64,000 nucleotides of DNA from Iphione sp. A-MEVVRFRX5 (Eukaryota), in contig OZ320319.1 in assembly GCA_976226885.1 (NCBI GenBank), positions 34,410,001 through 34,474,000 of the forward strand, in the 5' to 3' direction. The position numbers were made by a program, and so were the translations under genes. Positions 11,901-26,900 of this stretch are shown piece by piece. The notes under the pieces are model-generated. The model was not told the origin of the DNA, made no database searches, and worked only from the letters and a program-made list of their open reading frames with translations. Each line of letters opens with the position of its first letter. Position 1 is the stretch's first letter.

Positions 11901-14900
11901 GAAGACTTCTCTGACTTCCAAGTCAGAACTTAGACATTAGAGTTCCGACTCTGTTGAAATCGGTTTTCCTTCTCAGACACTATTTCTTTACATAGGAGTA
12001 TGGTCCGCAATCAATTAATGCTTAATTAACAACAGGATGACAAACCTCGTCCCGATTTTCTGCTAAAATCATTAAGACAACTTGTAATGCAGTGACAACA
12101 TCTAGCTAGTATCGCCTAATGATTTCTGACCTGTCACTTATGTTAGTACTCAAGAACTATAAATATAAAGACCACAACAAGGCACCGCAAATGGTCATGT
12201 TAAGAATTAAACTAGGGCAGACATTTTTGATATAACAGTACAGCGATATCCCCATGGGGGATCCTCCATTGATTGTATAAGAGTGATTGGCTCATTTTTT
12301 CCTTGTTTTAGGGGCTAAAGAGAGACACCGGTTCGCCAACTCCCATGCCTGTATTGACTGACGGCCAGATTAAAGCCATCGCCCAAGCAGCAGAGAGACT
12401 GGCGAAGTCCCTGCCGCCCCTCGACCCCAAACCGATGAACAGCAAGAAACAAATCTGCAAGGAAATCGAGGTAAACTCTCAAATCATATTGTTTTATTTA
12501 TATCGTCGTTAGTTCTCTATTTGTGGTTCATACAGTCGTCAAAGTGTCCACGGGGGGGGAGAGAAACGTTTCAAGGAATTGCCTCTGTGGTTAAAAGTAT
12601 CAATTTAAAATAGTCATTACCATTGACTCTGACGGCACGAGTGACACATGGAAGCATAATACACGTCTTCACGTTATTTTACTGCCCATCTGCATTACCT
12701 CAGACTTGTTTTCACTGCATCTGACAGGCAAACGCGACATTTTAATAAGATGTTACTCCCACGAAAACGCATCCCTAGAACAGCACGTTGTGTCGTCTAC
12801 AAACAGAAATTTAACTTTCCAACAGAAAACATTGTATGAAATGTCTCGAGTTATTCGTCAGCTGTGAGGATGATTAGATCTTCATTTTCATTGGGTATTT
12901 GCAGAATTTCCTCACTTGGGGAAATCCACCTATCCGCCTTTTGGTTGGTGTATTCTTCACATCAAGCCTTTGCATATTGTCTAATGTCCATGTATTCGTA
13001 TATGCATGCCATTTCTTTTGTCTGCCCACAATTTCCTTAATTTCATCTGTTTACCACTTGCGCCAATGGATTTGAAGGTGATTAGGTTGGGAGAAGAAGT
13101 GTCAGGTTTCTTATTAGCTTAAGTTTTACTGGTGTCACGAGCGTTTTTCCCTTGCGTGTTGTGACATTTAGAAAATGATCCAGATGGTAGTTTTTCATAT
13201 CAAACCAGCACCTGTCGCTCACCTATTCAGCTCTGATCCGGTTGCACACCCGCTAGAAAAAGATCGACGTTCAAAATAATAGACTAATTATGGAGAAAAA
13301 AAGAAAACTACCTGGACGGGAAAACACGGACTGGTTCTTTTGCAACTAAGTTTTATATTCAAGATCCTTTCCTGTTTCGGTCAGAGGATGGATTGTTTTC
13401 TGTAGTCGCCATTATGAAGACTGTTTTAGGTAATATGCTGAAAAATACAACGAGAAGCCTTTCGATGATTTTGGCGTTCGAATTGCCTCGGTGATTTGGC
13501 TTCTTTCGTGATGTTCCGCATATGGAACCTACTGTCAGTACAAAACACATTCACCAGTTTTTCCCACCTGCAAAGGTTATAACATTTTGGTGAGGTAAGC
13601 ATAGGCTTTGTTCAGGACACGCGTCCACGTAACTTTAAGTCTTCTTCATACCGATCAGAATGCACGTGCGATACATGTACAACAAAGGCAACAATTGTAC
13701 AGTTCCCTGTCCGCGATCTGATGACGATAGCGCTTAGGATCTGTTCCATATACCTCAAGGCGTCGAGGAATGAGCGGCCCTCTAATCCGTGAACCCCATC
13801 GTTTGTATGTAAATCAATGGTAGACAGTTACACCGTGGAACACACTACCAATATGGTCTTAATTACCCTTTCTTACAGCGCCCACACAGGGAGGCTGGGT
13901 CTGTTCTTTAAGCAATGGACTTTTTTTCTCCATGTGGAATGGAGCTTCCTAGGGAAGGAGGAGGGCTGGATCATAGAGGGGTAAGCATCGTGCCTGTATA
14001 TGGTCCCCCACAGCTGAATACGCGTGCGCGGACGTTCGACAGCAGCCACTTAAATAATGCTGATTCAGCTGCTTTGATCATGGCGCCGAGAGACCGGAAA
14101 TCGATGATTAGGATGTTGATGGCTGCATTAAAGGGGATTTTGTGCGCGGTAAATCGCACGGAAAACGGGCGAAAATGCAGCGTAGATACAGAAAGGGGAA
14201 TAGGAGGGATTGAATGGTAGACATGTTGTTTTACTGCAAAGGTGGTATCAGGGACTAAAGGTCGGCCTGTCCAATTGTGGCACTCTACGTGCCTGTTGCA
14301 CTGTGTCGTCGGGAGAAATGGTTCATTATTGATATTTAAAGCTATAGTTAACTTAAACGCATGCAGAATCAATTGATTGGGGAGGGTCATGGTTATGATT
14401 ACGCAGTTCTACAGTCGTATTGGTTTAACAAAACGGACTGATAATTATGTAAGTCTAGTAGAATTTATCCTACTAATTCCTTTTATTTTTTTAAAGAGGG
14501 TATTAATTACAAAGTTATCGGCCTTTAGGGCATTGGCGGAATAAATTGTCGCTAAGTGCCCTAGATAAACAGTACGACATGAAACTTCACTCACGGCTCA
14601 TCATGTCGCATATTTTCATTTTAAGTCGCATCGTTTCTTCAGCCATGGTTATATTGTAATCACATGCTAATCAGAACAGATCGTCACCTTGCCTATCAAG
14701 TCCATACTCTTGGGCCATGGCTTGTCGGTAATCAAGTCTGAGCAACCGACATTGACTCTGTGCAAATAGAGTATTACATGCCTAAAGCAGTTGGGCGTGT
14801 AAAAAAACGCCATCCTTACTGCAGATGGTATAAGGAGAACAAGGCAATATGACCGCTTTTTGTCGAACACGCGATCAACAGGAGAGCCTTTTTTGGTAGT

Positions 14901-17900
14901 CATCCACAAGATATGTCTATTTTTTTCGGGCAAACACTTCCACTCATGAATAACTAAGTGCTCTCACGCGGTTACGGTGCAATTAAAGTGGTTCTTATGG
15001 CAGGCTATATCCCCAGGGTGCAAAAAAGCCGAAACATAAAATTACATCCGCTGCGGCTTAAAACACCGACCGATGATAGCTGTATGACAGCGGATAATCA
15101 GTGTTAAAAAGATTGATATACCGCGGGGTACCCAAAGAAAGTGGCAACTTAATCTTTTGAAATCTCTGTTTAGATAATTGAGACATACAAAGAAATGCGA
15201 CTTAATATAATCGGGCGAACGGGCAAGTATTCGTTTAACTTTTCTGAACATGATGGGAACGCCCCCTTGGGAGCTAAAATAAAAAAAAGAAAAGGTTAAT
15301 GTATTAATGGAAAGGGATGTATTTTCTAGTGTCTCGACGTGCTCCTATCCGTACTTATTGCTATTATGAAAGAGTAGAAGGTGCAATAGAACATTTTCCC
15401 TCTACACTGAGAAAAATCCATAATTTCCTTGAAAGGAATACACATGCGTATCGCATTGAACAAATGGTATAGAAGTAAATATGATACTAACTAAATGCAT
15501 TACACAAACCTTGCTATGTTGAGAAGAGGAAGTACATGGAAATACTTTTGATATGATTTCTTACACGTGTGCTACAGAATGAGAGAAAGACTTACTAAGG
15601 GTTGGCGACATTTTTTTCGACTCATTGCGTCATGTCTGTTTTAATATTAAACCAGCTGCCAAGACAATCAATATGGCTGACTCGCTCCTCTAGTCGCGAA
15701 TCCATACAGAAACAGCAATATTCATTTTGTCGATTATTCCGGATCCGAGTTGATAAAACTCAGGACTGCCAGGCGGCGTGTAAAAAGAGAACCGAGGCGG
15801 GAGGAAAGGAGGGGGCGCGGGGGGGGGGGGTAGAGAAGAGGTGGTGGGTGGGTGGATGGCGCCAAGTCTCCCACAACCCCCTCACAACGGCCTCGCTCCA
15901 CTCCCCCTCCGGTTCCCTCGTTCGCCTACGATCGAGGCGTCACTCCCACTGCTGACTGGGTGGTGTTCGGATCACGGCGACCCCAAGTGTAGTAGCGCCA
16001 AACTAGCAACCTGCTCGCTGTTCATCCCAGTTGAGTGTGGCGCTTGTCGAGCAGGCCCAGGTATGAATTAGGTGCTAAATCACGGGCCTGTACCATTCCA
16101 TCGTATAACTTGTCCCGTTTGAAACATTAGAAAAAGACTGGGCAACGGCAGTTTCACTCGGGAGAAATGAACTTCTTATGAGATGATACGGAACACACAA
16201 ACACACATTCTGTCTCCCTGCACNNNNNNNNNNNNNNNNNNNNNNNNNNNNNNNNNNNNNNNNNNNNNNNNNNNNNNNNNNNNNNNNNNNNNNNNNNNNN
16301 NNNNNNNNNNNNNNNNNNNNNNNNNNNNNNNNNNNNNNNNNNNNNNNNNNNNNNNNNNNNNNNNNNNNNNNNNNNNNNNNNNNNNNCACACCCCTGATAT
16401 TTCATCCAGCCCTACTCTCATGCCTCACGAGCCTTATGCTTCATCTTATGATGGTCGAAAAAAATTTAATCCTCACACTGAATCCGACCGTGCGCAGACC
16501 CTTTTTATGGCGCTAAAATTAAATTCCCATTCAAAAAATGGCGTCAGGTTCCAACATCCGGGAGACGGTTGAAGAGAGCGAGGAGGAGGAGGAGGAGGAG
16601 GAGGAGGAGGAGGAGGAGGAGGAGGGGGGGGACCAGGAAGAGGCGGAGGAGACGAGCAAAAACACGTTAAAAAGTAAACAGAAAAGAATTGGCTGGGCCT
16701 GTTTCGTTTGTTGAGAGGAGGAGTGGCCCAGGATCCTGCTGGATCCCAGCCACGATGGATCTACTTTTTTATGGGCGACCGGTTTTACCGGGGTAGAGAG
16801 GCCCAACGAAAAAAGTGACCACAAGTGGGCTAAAAACACTTTTAAAAAAGGACAAGAGTAGCATCTAGGGCAGTCATGGGGCAGAGACATCAGAGCTCTG
16901 TCACCATAGTCCAGGGAGCGACTGTTAGAGCCCTGGGAGCGATGCCATCATCTAGAGGGGGAACAATGAATAAACAACATCTGTATTTCATGTACAATTA
17001 CATGTCTTACTCGACGTCGTAGATATTTTATCAGGATGAGGAGACATTTAAATTTGAAGAGAATTTCGGTGCCAGATATAGATAATATTTTTTACATAAA
17101 AGAAGGATGCAAAAGACAAAAGTTTCAGGCGAACATCGCGATCTTATATAGTTATTATCAGCAATCTTACTTTTAAAGCTGTGAGATTACCATTAAGATA
17201 GAAAAAAATCCCTTAGTGTCACTGTTCTTACTTCAGATTAAACAGGTTAGCCAAAGAAATTATATCGAAGAGCCTCTTTTTTGGGGTGTAATTATATTCG
17301 GTTTTACGAATAATAGAGAAGAACAGTGTGACACATACATCTACTAGTACACTGGAGACAAAGACAAACCAAAGTAAACCTGAAGTCTTACTGCCATGTA
17401 TATAGAAAATGTTAAGGGCAATGTTTGATACATTTATAATCAATGTTAGCTTTGCATGTGTTATCTAACATGAGGCATTTTGATATTCTCTACCTGGGAC
17501 TCCTGTTACTTCATCTTTGTTGTTGTCGATGACTGATCAGAGGGCAACAATAAGTTTAACACTTACACAGTATAAAGAACAACCTATCCTTCGTTAACCC
17601 TGCTGCTGCATGCATGTGGCCGTTTGCGCTCACCCTTTGTCTTCCCGCGCCACTTGATACCTAAAACTTTTTTGTCTCAATAATGATCCCCTGTTTGGCA
17701 ATATCCTTTTAGAATAAATGATGTCCGAAAAAAAAGTTACTGCTAACCCTGTCCAAATATATGGGTGGGAAAATTGAGTGCATTCTGTGCTTCTTTTCCT
17801 CTCGTGCTTACGTACTAATTAGGCCCCTGTCTGCCCAGGTCCCTTTTCAAACAGCTATACTGATTGGATAATACCCTGAAACGTCTTGAATCTTAATGAA

Positions 17901-20900
17901 TTGCTTTTTAGTAGTCACTGTTTTTAGGCTTTCGTTGGCGTTGGTTGTCATAGTACCCGTTCAGGGTGTTGTGTTTTAAGTTCATTGTTGTCAGTGAAGA
18001 TAACTCAAAATGACAAATGCCGCCTCATACTACAGAAACGTCATTGCCAGTTTGAATCGTCTTTTTCTTTAATCAGACACTACAGCGACTCCTCTTCCCT
18101 TATTATTAAGTGCGGATTAAGAGTAGTAGTAATATCAAAATATGTTACCTTCCTCCCTTCCCTGCCAGGTATAAATCATCCTACGACTGAAGGTAGAAAG
18201 GTGGAGTTGCTCTTGTCAAACTTTCTGCTCTTTTCGCTTCAAAGCTTGCTTAATGTTGATGTGAATTATATTTTTGCGACGCATACAATGACCAAGGAAG
18301 TAAACAATTACAAATGTGTAATGTGTCTAGGCATATTGTCATTCAATTAGGCAGTCCTTGAATAAATGTTATTTTCTGTTAAAGCCTTTCGTATAGAGAT
18401 GTTGAAGAAATTAGTTTTATTCTATCATTCTGCCATGTCGTAGATTAAGCTTTGAGTTGTGATGCGAAGTGCCACTCAATATTCACTTACTAATTACAGG
18501 AGGTCCATTTAATTTTTCATTAATGACATTCACTGTACCAAAGAGAGTCTGCCTTGTGTGTTCCCTATGTGAGTCGGCATGTGTTTAAAGTGCACATATA
18601 TGATGTATACTTCTAACGTGAATATAAAACACCTACATTGCACAAGAGAAGTTACTGACATTTAATAAGATGCTGATTAGGGATTAAACATAGCATTCTG
18701 TTATGGTTCTCAGCTTACTGTGACACTGGCAATTACTTCGATATCGTTTTCCTTATCGATGCAACATGATACTAGATGAACGCTCCATAAAATATAAGTG
18801 TTAACACAAGGCAGATCACTCGGGCTTAAATAGCATGTAATTCTAGTAGAAGCACTTACAGCTCAACCAGTCAAAATTAAGAATTTAGATTATTGAGCAA
18901 CTCTGGAACTGCATATTAAGTTCCAAATCCAAAGATACATATACACGTAAATGTACATACACATGAGAGTACACATAGATATAATTAATGCATATCGATT
19001 GAAATTGAAAGGCAGTCTTCGTGATCAACAACCAGAAATATGCAAAACAGCATTATGAATAATTGTACAATGTTGTATTTCTGTACACGTGCATGTACAT
19101 GTATACTAAAACAGTTCATACAATTATATTTCATGGAAATACATTATGGAAATATGTTCCAGATATGTTTACCTGTATCACATATAAATATAAATATGAA
19201 TGCACATTTAGGACGGTGAATATGTATTTAGCCCGGTGTATGGATTTCCCCCTAGTGAAGATGAGACACTATAAAGACAATTAAATCCGAGTATGACGCG
19301 TCAGACTCCCGTATGTGGTACCACGGAGGCGCCGTATGGGCGTGTCTGATCAACTTAATGGCGGCAGTACAAGTCTTTGCTCTGAGGCATAAACGATCGA
19401 AAACAAAGCCAAGGAACAAGAAGCCACCCACCAATAAGAATGAGTATTGGAGGAGGGTGAACAGGGCATTAAACTTGCATGTAGAAAGTCCAAGCGCGAA
19501 GGACCGGTGGCTCGGGCATGTTAGGAGGTTGTTCTAATCTAAAAGGTGGGTATAAACATTATGATTGAGCACTTGACATTGGCTGGGGCGAGGGATAAAG
19601 GGACAGATCGACAAATAGAAATTGATAGATATCCTGTGGAAAAGATTAGATCAACACCGAGAAGCTATGTATCAGCTGCATCCATAACGTTTGGTTTAGT
19701 CATATACATTTATATGTAGTTTTGCACCAAGGTAGATGCAGATTGAGAACGATAGAGAAAGTGTCACCAAGATACTGTCGAGCTGAAGAGAACTGTCGAG
19801 TTGAACAGCAGTGTATAAAACTCAATGAGAGGGACACACACACAGACGAACACACGCACAGCAGCCATGTCTGCGTAAACAATAGAACAATGGGAGCAAC
19901 TCACGGGAGCAACTTCAACAAAGGCCAGGCGGAGAAACGAGCAAAGGGTTGAAGACACCAAAAACGACTTCCAACCTCTTCCTCCTCCGACAAGCTCGGG
20001 TCTCCCGCTCTAATGATGCCCTCTCTCATTTGCATAATCACCTGCATTTCTTGTTGCGTTTCGCATCAAAAGTTCCGTTTGGCATCAAAAGAGTTGCGAC
20101 TGTTCTCTGGTTACCACCATTTCCTTCAGCGCGCTTTCACCCTCCTTATCAAATTCTCTGTGCTGCTGTCTAAGCTCTCGCTCCCTCTCACACCTTCTTT
20201 CAATCTATCCCGCTCCGTGTCTGTCTGTCCTTCCCTCTATCTGTCTCTCCTAATTTTTGCCTTGCAAGATACTACCTCATTCTCTCCAATATGGTGTCCA
20301 CATCTCATGTTCTCTCCTCTCGATACTGCTAGTATTATTTCTTTTGCCCTCCATTCACGTGTTCACTCATTCCTAGTCATTTTTCGTGCCCTTTCCCCCT
20401 TTCCTCTTTCCTTTAACCTACTACTGTCTACCCTAAAGTTTCCACGCGTTGCTCTCTGTAGGTGCTCGGCACCCCATCCGGAGGAGTTAGATTTTACAAA
20501 GTGCGCGATGTGGCGTCGAGAGCAGATTCACATTTTCATCAAATAAACATCGCGCCTGCGATATTGTAAATACAACGACCTGATACCGGAGGAAAGTCAT
20601 TGAGGGTGGGCGGCGTAGTGTTTTACCTCCCACTGCCAACCCGATTAAGGAGATGTGAAATTGCAAAGTCAAGAATACGAAACCGACGGAGATTGGAATG
20701 CTTTAATATGCACGATATTAGTCTTCTTTTCCGGCACGCTGAGAGCAAAACTTTAGACTGTGCACGGGCTAATTGTGGCATATCAAATTAACACAAATTT
20801 AATAATAAGTAAAATCGAAGCCGAATAATGAACCTTGGAGGTGCGAAGGCAACGATAGAATATCGCAATCCGGCGGCTCGACAGAGTCTGCATGTCGACA

Positions 20901-23900
20901 AAGCCAAATGAATTAGAGATATTTTTCATTTCAAACCTCTCGGAAAGTTTGCATAAAACTGTCCCATCTTAGTAATAACCTGGACGAAAAATTGAGATAT
21001 GAAAGATTCGGTGACAGCAACAAAACAGCACATAATGCTGCAAGGAAATATGGCGTCTCATTTGCATAACCTCGATTCGGTGAGTGCAAAAACAAGGCTT
21101 TTACTAGGTTTCAGGCTGGAACTTTGTATTTCACTTTCTCCCTGAGGAGCCGCGAGAGATTGGCTGAAAGGATTCGAGAAAAGATACCTTTTTGCGCTGA
21201 ATCTAAAACATAATGAGAGCCAGCGCTGTCAGTTATGTTGATGAGAGAGGGGTGGTTTTAGGTGCTAATTTATCCGGAAAGCTGTGTTTTGCAGAGAGGC
21301 GCTGTCGACCGTCTTTCATCCATAATGGCAGCTTTAAAAACGTGAACGAGGGAGAGAGAAAGAGAACGGGAGGGGTTGCAGCAGAGGGAGTGCTGCGATC
21401 TAAACGTGAAATGAATTCATAGCCAAATGCAACACTCATCCTTTTAATGAACGGTCCCTTTGGTTCTTGTTGGCCTGACACAGAGGCGTCTAGTGCTGTA
21501 TGGGAAAGCTTTGTATTGAGCACCTTTCTTCACTATAGGGTGTAGGCAAACCCTGCCCTCACTTGAAACAGACGTATGCATCTCACGCCTTGCCAATCAC
21601 CATCGAGTGTATCTCAATCACAATGAACGCCTGTCAAGTGCCTGTCTGTGATTGCTATATAGAAACAAACTTAACTACTAATTTAACCAGGCTTTAACCC
21701 CCCCCCCCAAAAAAAAAAGATAATATCAACGTTATGCATGTCGGAGTCCATGGCTTTGATATAGAGTGCAACCATACTGTCATTTCCCTTGCTGCTAACT
21801 GTGAGACCGACATTAAAATCTTTGTATAATTAAAAGCACATTAGGCTTTATGTGGCAGGTCTGGGCTCAATGAAGAACACATTAACATCCCTACCCGATC
21901 CCTGGGTATGACTAACCGCACATTATGTACCACTGACAATTGCAGATAAATACTAGCTTGCCTAGCGCTATCCAGGGTACAGATGTGCGGGCGAAGATTT
22001 GTTTTTCCTTTGTAAATTAATAAACCATCCGCGAATAATACGGCTGCGGGGTGGTTTATATCACGATATGGTATTTCGACTGCTCACTAGAGGGAACCAT
22101 GGTCCCGTCTTCTTCGACCCGTGAACATGGCAACCCTCTGATTGAATAATTTGTTTTCATTACAAAAATGCGCTGCGTCTTTGAATCGCCGGGATCAATC
22201 AATTATCAATTTGCCCTTTCTCAGTCGTCCTTCCTATTATATGACCGGTTCACAGGTTCGGAATAATTGGTTGTCACCCACCCCTCCCCTTCGTACTCAC
22301 TGCTGTCCTCTCGGTTTCATTCATTCTTTTCTTCCTTCCCCTTTCCAATCCATGTCTTCTGGGTCCCGACCAGTGCGACCCTTTCCATCAGTGGCGTTGC
22401 AGGTAAAATAGTCTCCATTAATATTTTTACTCCCATTAATATTTTTACCCACCGACTTCTGTGAGATGATTTATGTCCTAAAATGGCTTCATATGACCAC
22501 CTTATCAAACTACAAAAGCTGCAGCCAGAGTGTATTTTTGTCGGTGCCTTGCTCGTACCTCGCCGGCTCTGGCACTTTTTACTACTTTAATTTAAAGAAA
22601 ATTAATGATTTCCCTTGGAAGAATTTTCGAAAGCTGGGTGTGGGAAAAAGGCTCGATCTAAAACACAGGGCGTATTGCATGTCTTCAATATTCATAAAGT
22701 CCTTCGGTTTTTGTCAATCCCAGGTGCTGGGAGGTTGCTGAAGAGGTTTTTTTTTCTGACTGGGGCAAAGCGAAGGAGGAGGTAACTTCTGAGACCCCAG
22801 TCCCGACCCGAGCTCAAAGTGTGCAATTAAAATAGAAACGAGCAGATATGAGTAAGACCTCCCCGAGGAGAAAGGGTAGCTCGGATCACGGAGAATGTGG
22901 TATATTCCATAGATATCAGGTGGTGTATGCTTTTGATGGCCCTAATATGCAGTAAATTAGACAATTTGCCTGTCGCTAGGACACTCTCTTATACTACTTA
23001 TTCTACCCGTGGGGAAAGGGTCTTTTCATCATTTATACACTGTATACATGTCTTAGTAATCAGGCCCTTGGCTTGCACTGCAAAACAGCTTGTGTACTAA
23101 CTAGATACTTCTAAGACACCATCAAAGAGGAAATTAACTATTGAATAGTCTCACTCTGCTCTAAGTTGCACAAAGCCCAACCGCGTTTTAAACGTCCATA
23201 CAGACCTAAGTATCATCTACAGTTACGGACAATCTCACGCATAGAGACTCCCTCCCACGCACGCACGCAATAGATCGGCAGTGTTTGCACGCATGTACCA
23301 TTCTGCAGGCATGCATACAAAGGGGAGGGCCCCCCTCGACTCATTACCACACGAGGAATCCGTGGTTAAGCCGAGCTTAAATTAATAGGGACCAATCGGC
23401 GCGGTAATTACTACAGGGTATGCTTAAGTTGGTCGCACTGATCATCCGTACCATGTTTGAATAGAAGTGAGTAGCAGTGTTTCCCATTAAAAAACAATCA
23501 ACGGCCGGCCAATACCCCGGGTCCCCATGTACATAACACCCGATAAACGTGAATCAACCATTCATCGCCATCGACATTTAGCGGCCATAGTCACTGTAAG
23601 GCCTGGTTTCCATACATGCATGACCCTCTGTGTGTGTGAGTGTGCGTATTGCAAGTGTGGATCATTTTCAGCGAATACTCAATAATTTCACACACATACG
23701 CACTATATGCACAGCAGTATACAACAAAAAGCCTTTGAATCAGGTGTTTGCAAAGTTATTTCTTCACATCTGTTCACTTTTACTCACTTTTAGATAGAGC
23801 ATCACACATTTCCGCACATTTCTGCACACTTTCATCTTTTTGTGGCAGTTTTCCACATATTTTTCCATGAATTTTACCATTTTCAGGCTATTTTCCATGA

Positions 23901-26900
23901 TATTAGTTTGTTACTTGGTTTTTTTGCCATTTTCCATATTTTCTCCCTCAATTCACGCATTATCCTTCACTGTCCTTCATGGATGGTGAAGGACGCCCGT
24001 GTGCATGAGTCTGCGGAGCCTTCCATAAATAATTTTCATACACTGATATGCACCCAGACACCCATGGAAGGCTCTGCAGGTATGGAAACTGGGCCCAGTG
24101 TCTATCATGTTTTGTTTTCTATCCCATAAGACTTGGAATGATACATATTCTCTCTGGTGGCCATGATCACATGACATTGTTCCGGGAAATGGCTTTCTAT
24201 CATTTCTTTGAACATCTTTTTCGCTAGGACAGAGTATAAGAAGCAAACAGTAGTTATGAATGATATTTTGATTATTCCGATATTTTGGAATCTAAGTCCA
24301 GCTCACAATAATGACTCTTTTTTATTTGTTCGTTCAAAAATGACCGGCTCAGGTGATAGTACATGTATATACAGTGTATACTTATCAAGATCAAGTTAGT
24401 TTGACTAAGCTTTGAATTTCTAAAAAAAAAATCGATGAGGTATCGTTCTATACTGATTGACACCAGAGGACAATTAGTTGTCACCCAGTTGATAGACGAA
24501 CTTGGGTACATGTACATGTATATCGCAAACATTAATGAACATCGTTTCACTTCTGTACAAGTGCCTTTTTCTAATTCTTTGGCTTGCCCGTGCATACTCG
24601 GCTATCAAAGCACAACTCACACGGAAAACATGGAATCCGCATATCACATAGATTTTTGTAGCTGTCCTTTACACTGCTGGCGTGGGTGCAAGTAACGAGC
24701 TGTTTTGATCCGGTCTTAGCCTTGGCAACCGCCAGATTTCTACGAATCGTTTCCCTGTCCTCACTTACATAGACAATTGAGAGGTTTACCCCGTGAATGC
24801 CTAAAGCGCCGACCGTGAAATTACCACTCGCCGCAATTGGATTTTGATCAAACTGCGCCTTTGCTTGATAGGGCGCTAATGATACAGCCGGTAGTTATGT
24901 TGAAAGCGGTTTTGATTTATTTTGCCACCAGAAAAAAACTGACCAGCCATCGATCGAAGTACATCGACCCAAGTGCACTGTTTTAGTTGATGTCAGGGAC
25001 ATGTGTTTTTACAGCTTCATCTAACGGACGGGGAGAAAATTTCTAGTATGAACACTTTCATTATGGGGATAGGTTGACTTAAATGGACGTTAAGTGCTAC
25101 AGATTACTTGCTAGAGGGAAAAGAAGGCGTAGTGTTATACAGAGGAGTGTGGAGATCTGTTTAATAGAGGTAATTAAGGAGACATTGACGCGCATGTAAC
25201 TTAGCGGTCGTACACGTGAAACAATTGTGAGTCACTTTGAATTACCCTCTCCATGTTGGAAGGATAGATATGAATACGATTTATTTTTGAGCACCGCACA
25301 AAGAAATGTCCGGATTATTACGAATGCAACATTTTATGTCATTTATTTCACTTCTGAAACTTGTATCTTGCTTGTGCTTGATACGCTGTGTGCTATCTAT
25401 GCGATAGAATATATATTTTCATAAAGAAAGGTAAGGAAACAATATCTCACTTTAACTTTTTAAAGTTTGTCTCAGAAAATGTCTGTTTACATATATTTAC
25501 ATGAATTCATAAATATAGATATACATGTAATTACTTACGGTCATGTGATAGACGTCAGCCCTTGGTAAGACATCGTTTGTTGTCAGAGAGACACTTCTTT
25601 CAGTTTTGAGCCACTTTCATCAATTGAATAAAAGTGGGTAACTCCCAAAGTTATTCTATATGGAGTTGGCAAAAACTCATAATACGCTAAATGGGAAATT
25701 GTCCTGCCTAACAATAAAGAGGCCGATGCCAAATCGAAAATGTATCAGTGTCGTCTATTTTTTGTCTAACGCAAGGGCGTGGACCGCCAATGTGACACAA
25801 AGCTATAAAGACATGCAAAAAGTGTGGCAACTCTGGTTGTTAGGAAAAACTCTAAATGCGCCTTACTTACCTCGAATAGGAGTAGACGAAGGGAGATGGG
25901 GGGAAAAGGGGGAGTGGGATTCTTAAGACAAAACCTACTAGTCTTCAAGACCAGATATCAAAGTCTTCGTATTGTGGAATTTTCCATATGAGGACAAAAT
26001 CTCATATCAGCCGCACTGTCACATACGGCGATAGTAAAGGTCAAAAAGGACGCCGGTGGGGGAAGAAATGCAATCAAAGGCGTAAAAAGCGTGTAATTGT
26101 ATATGGCAGTTAGCCGAACAGAGTACCTCGACAGAGTTCAAGAAGCGAAGGTTTGGATGTTAAGAGATTGGATGAGAGCATGGGTGGGTCGTTACTTGCA
26201 TGGCTTTTGACAGTAGATCATGAAGTATACGTTGGCTATAACCAGGGTCCTACCCATAGCCCGTGTCACTCAAGCATCTCAAGGTCTGACTCCAGTTGCT
26301 GTTTTTTTCAGCACAGCAAGCAAACTTACAGATTTATGTACGGATATAATGATCACACTTTCCAGTCGTTTTTTAAGGTGCCAACATTGATGTTATTGTG
26401 TGCATACAAATGCCAAGTGTGTTCATATTTTCGTATGTATATCATCTGATTTTAACATAATCTGATCGATGCACATGAACAAGTAATACTTTTCATGACC
26501 GGCGTCATAAGAAACCAGCAGAATTAAGTCGTAATTCACAAATATGCAGGACACGCAAGAAAAGCCATATGAATTCATGTAAGCATGCATGAATTGGTAT
26601 TTTTTACCTCTGAGAGCCTTTCATGCCATCCGGGGAAGGGATACGTCACAAAGGCATTGACTCTCTCTACTGCAGCACATGGAGATGAGATGTCCATATT
26701 TTTCTTATTTTATCTGATGATACCGACATGTATAAAAGTTTGGGCAATGCGTAAGGATTTAGCTGAGCTAGATTTTGTTTCCTCAGTTGGATTCCCAGGG
26801 GGTGCGCCAGTCTCAAGCAGCCTCGCCCCATGAACAAGGTGTGCGGGCGGCCACACCGAATAGAGAACTAGGAGAGGAAGTTACGCGTCTAGGTAATGCC

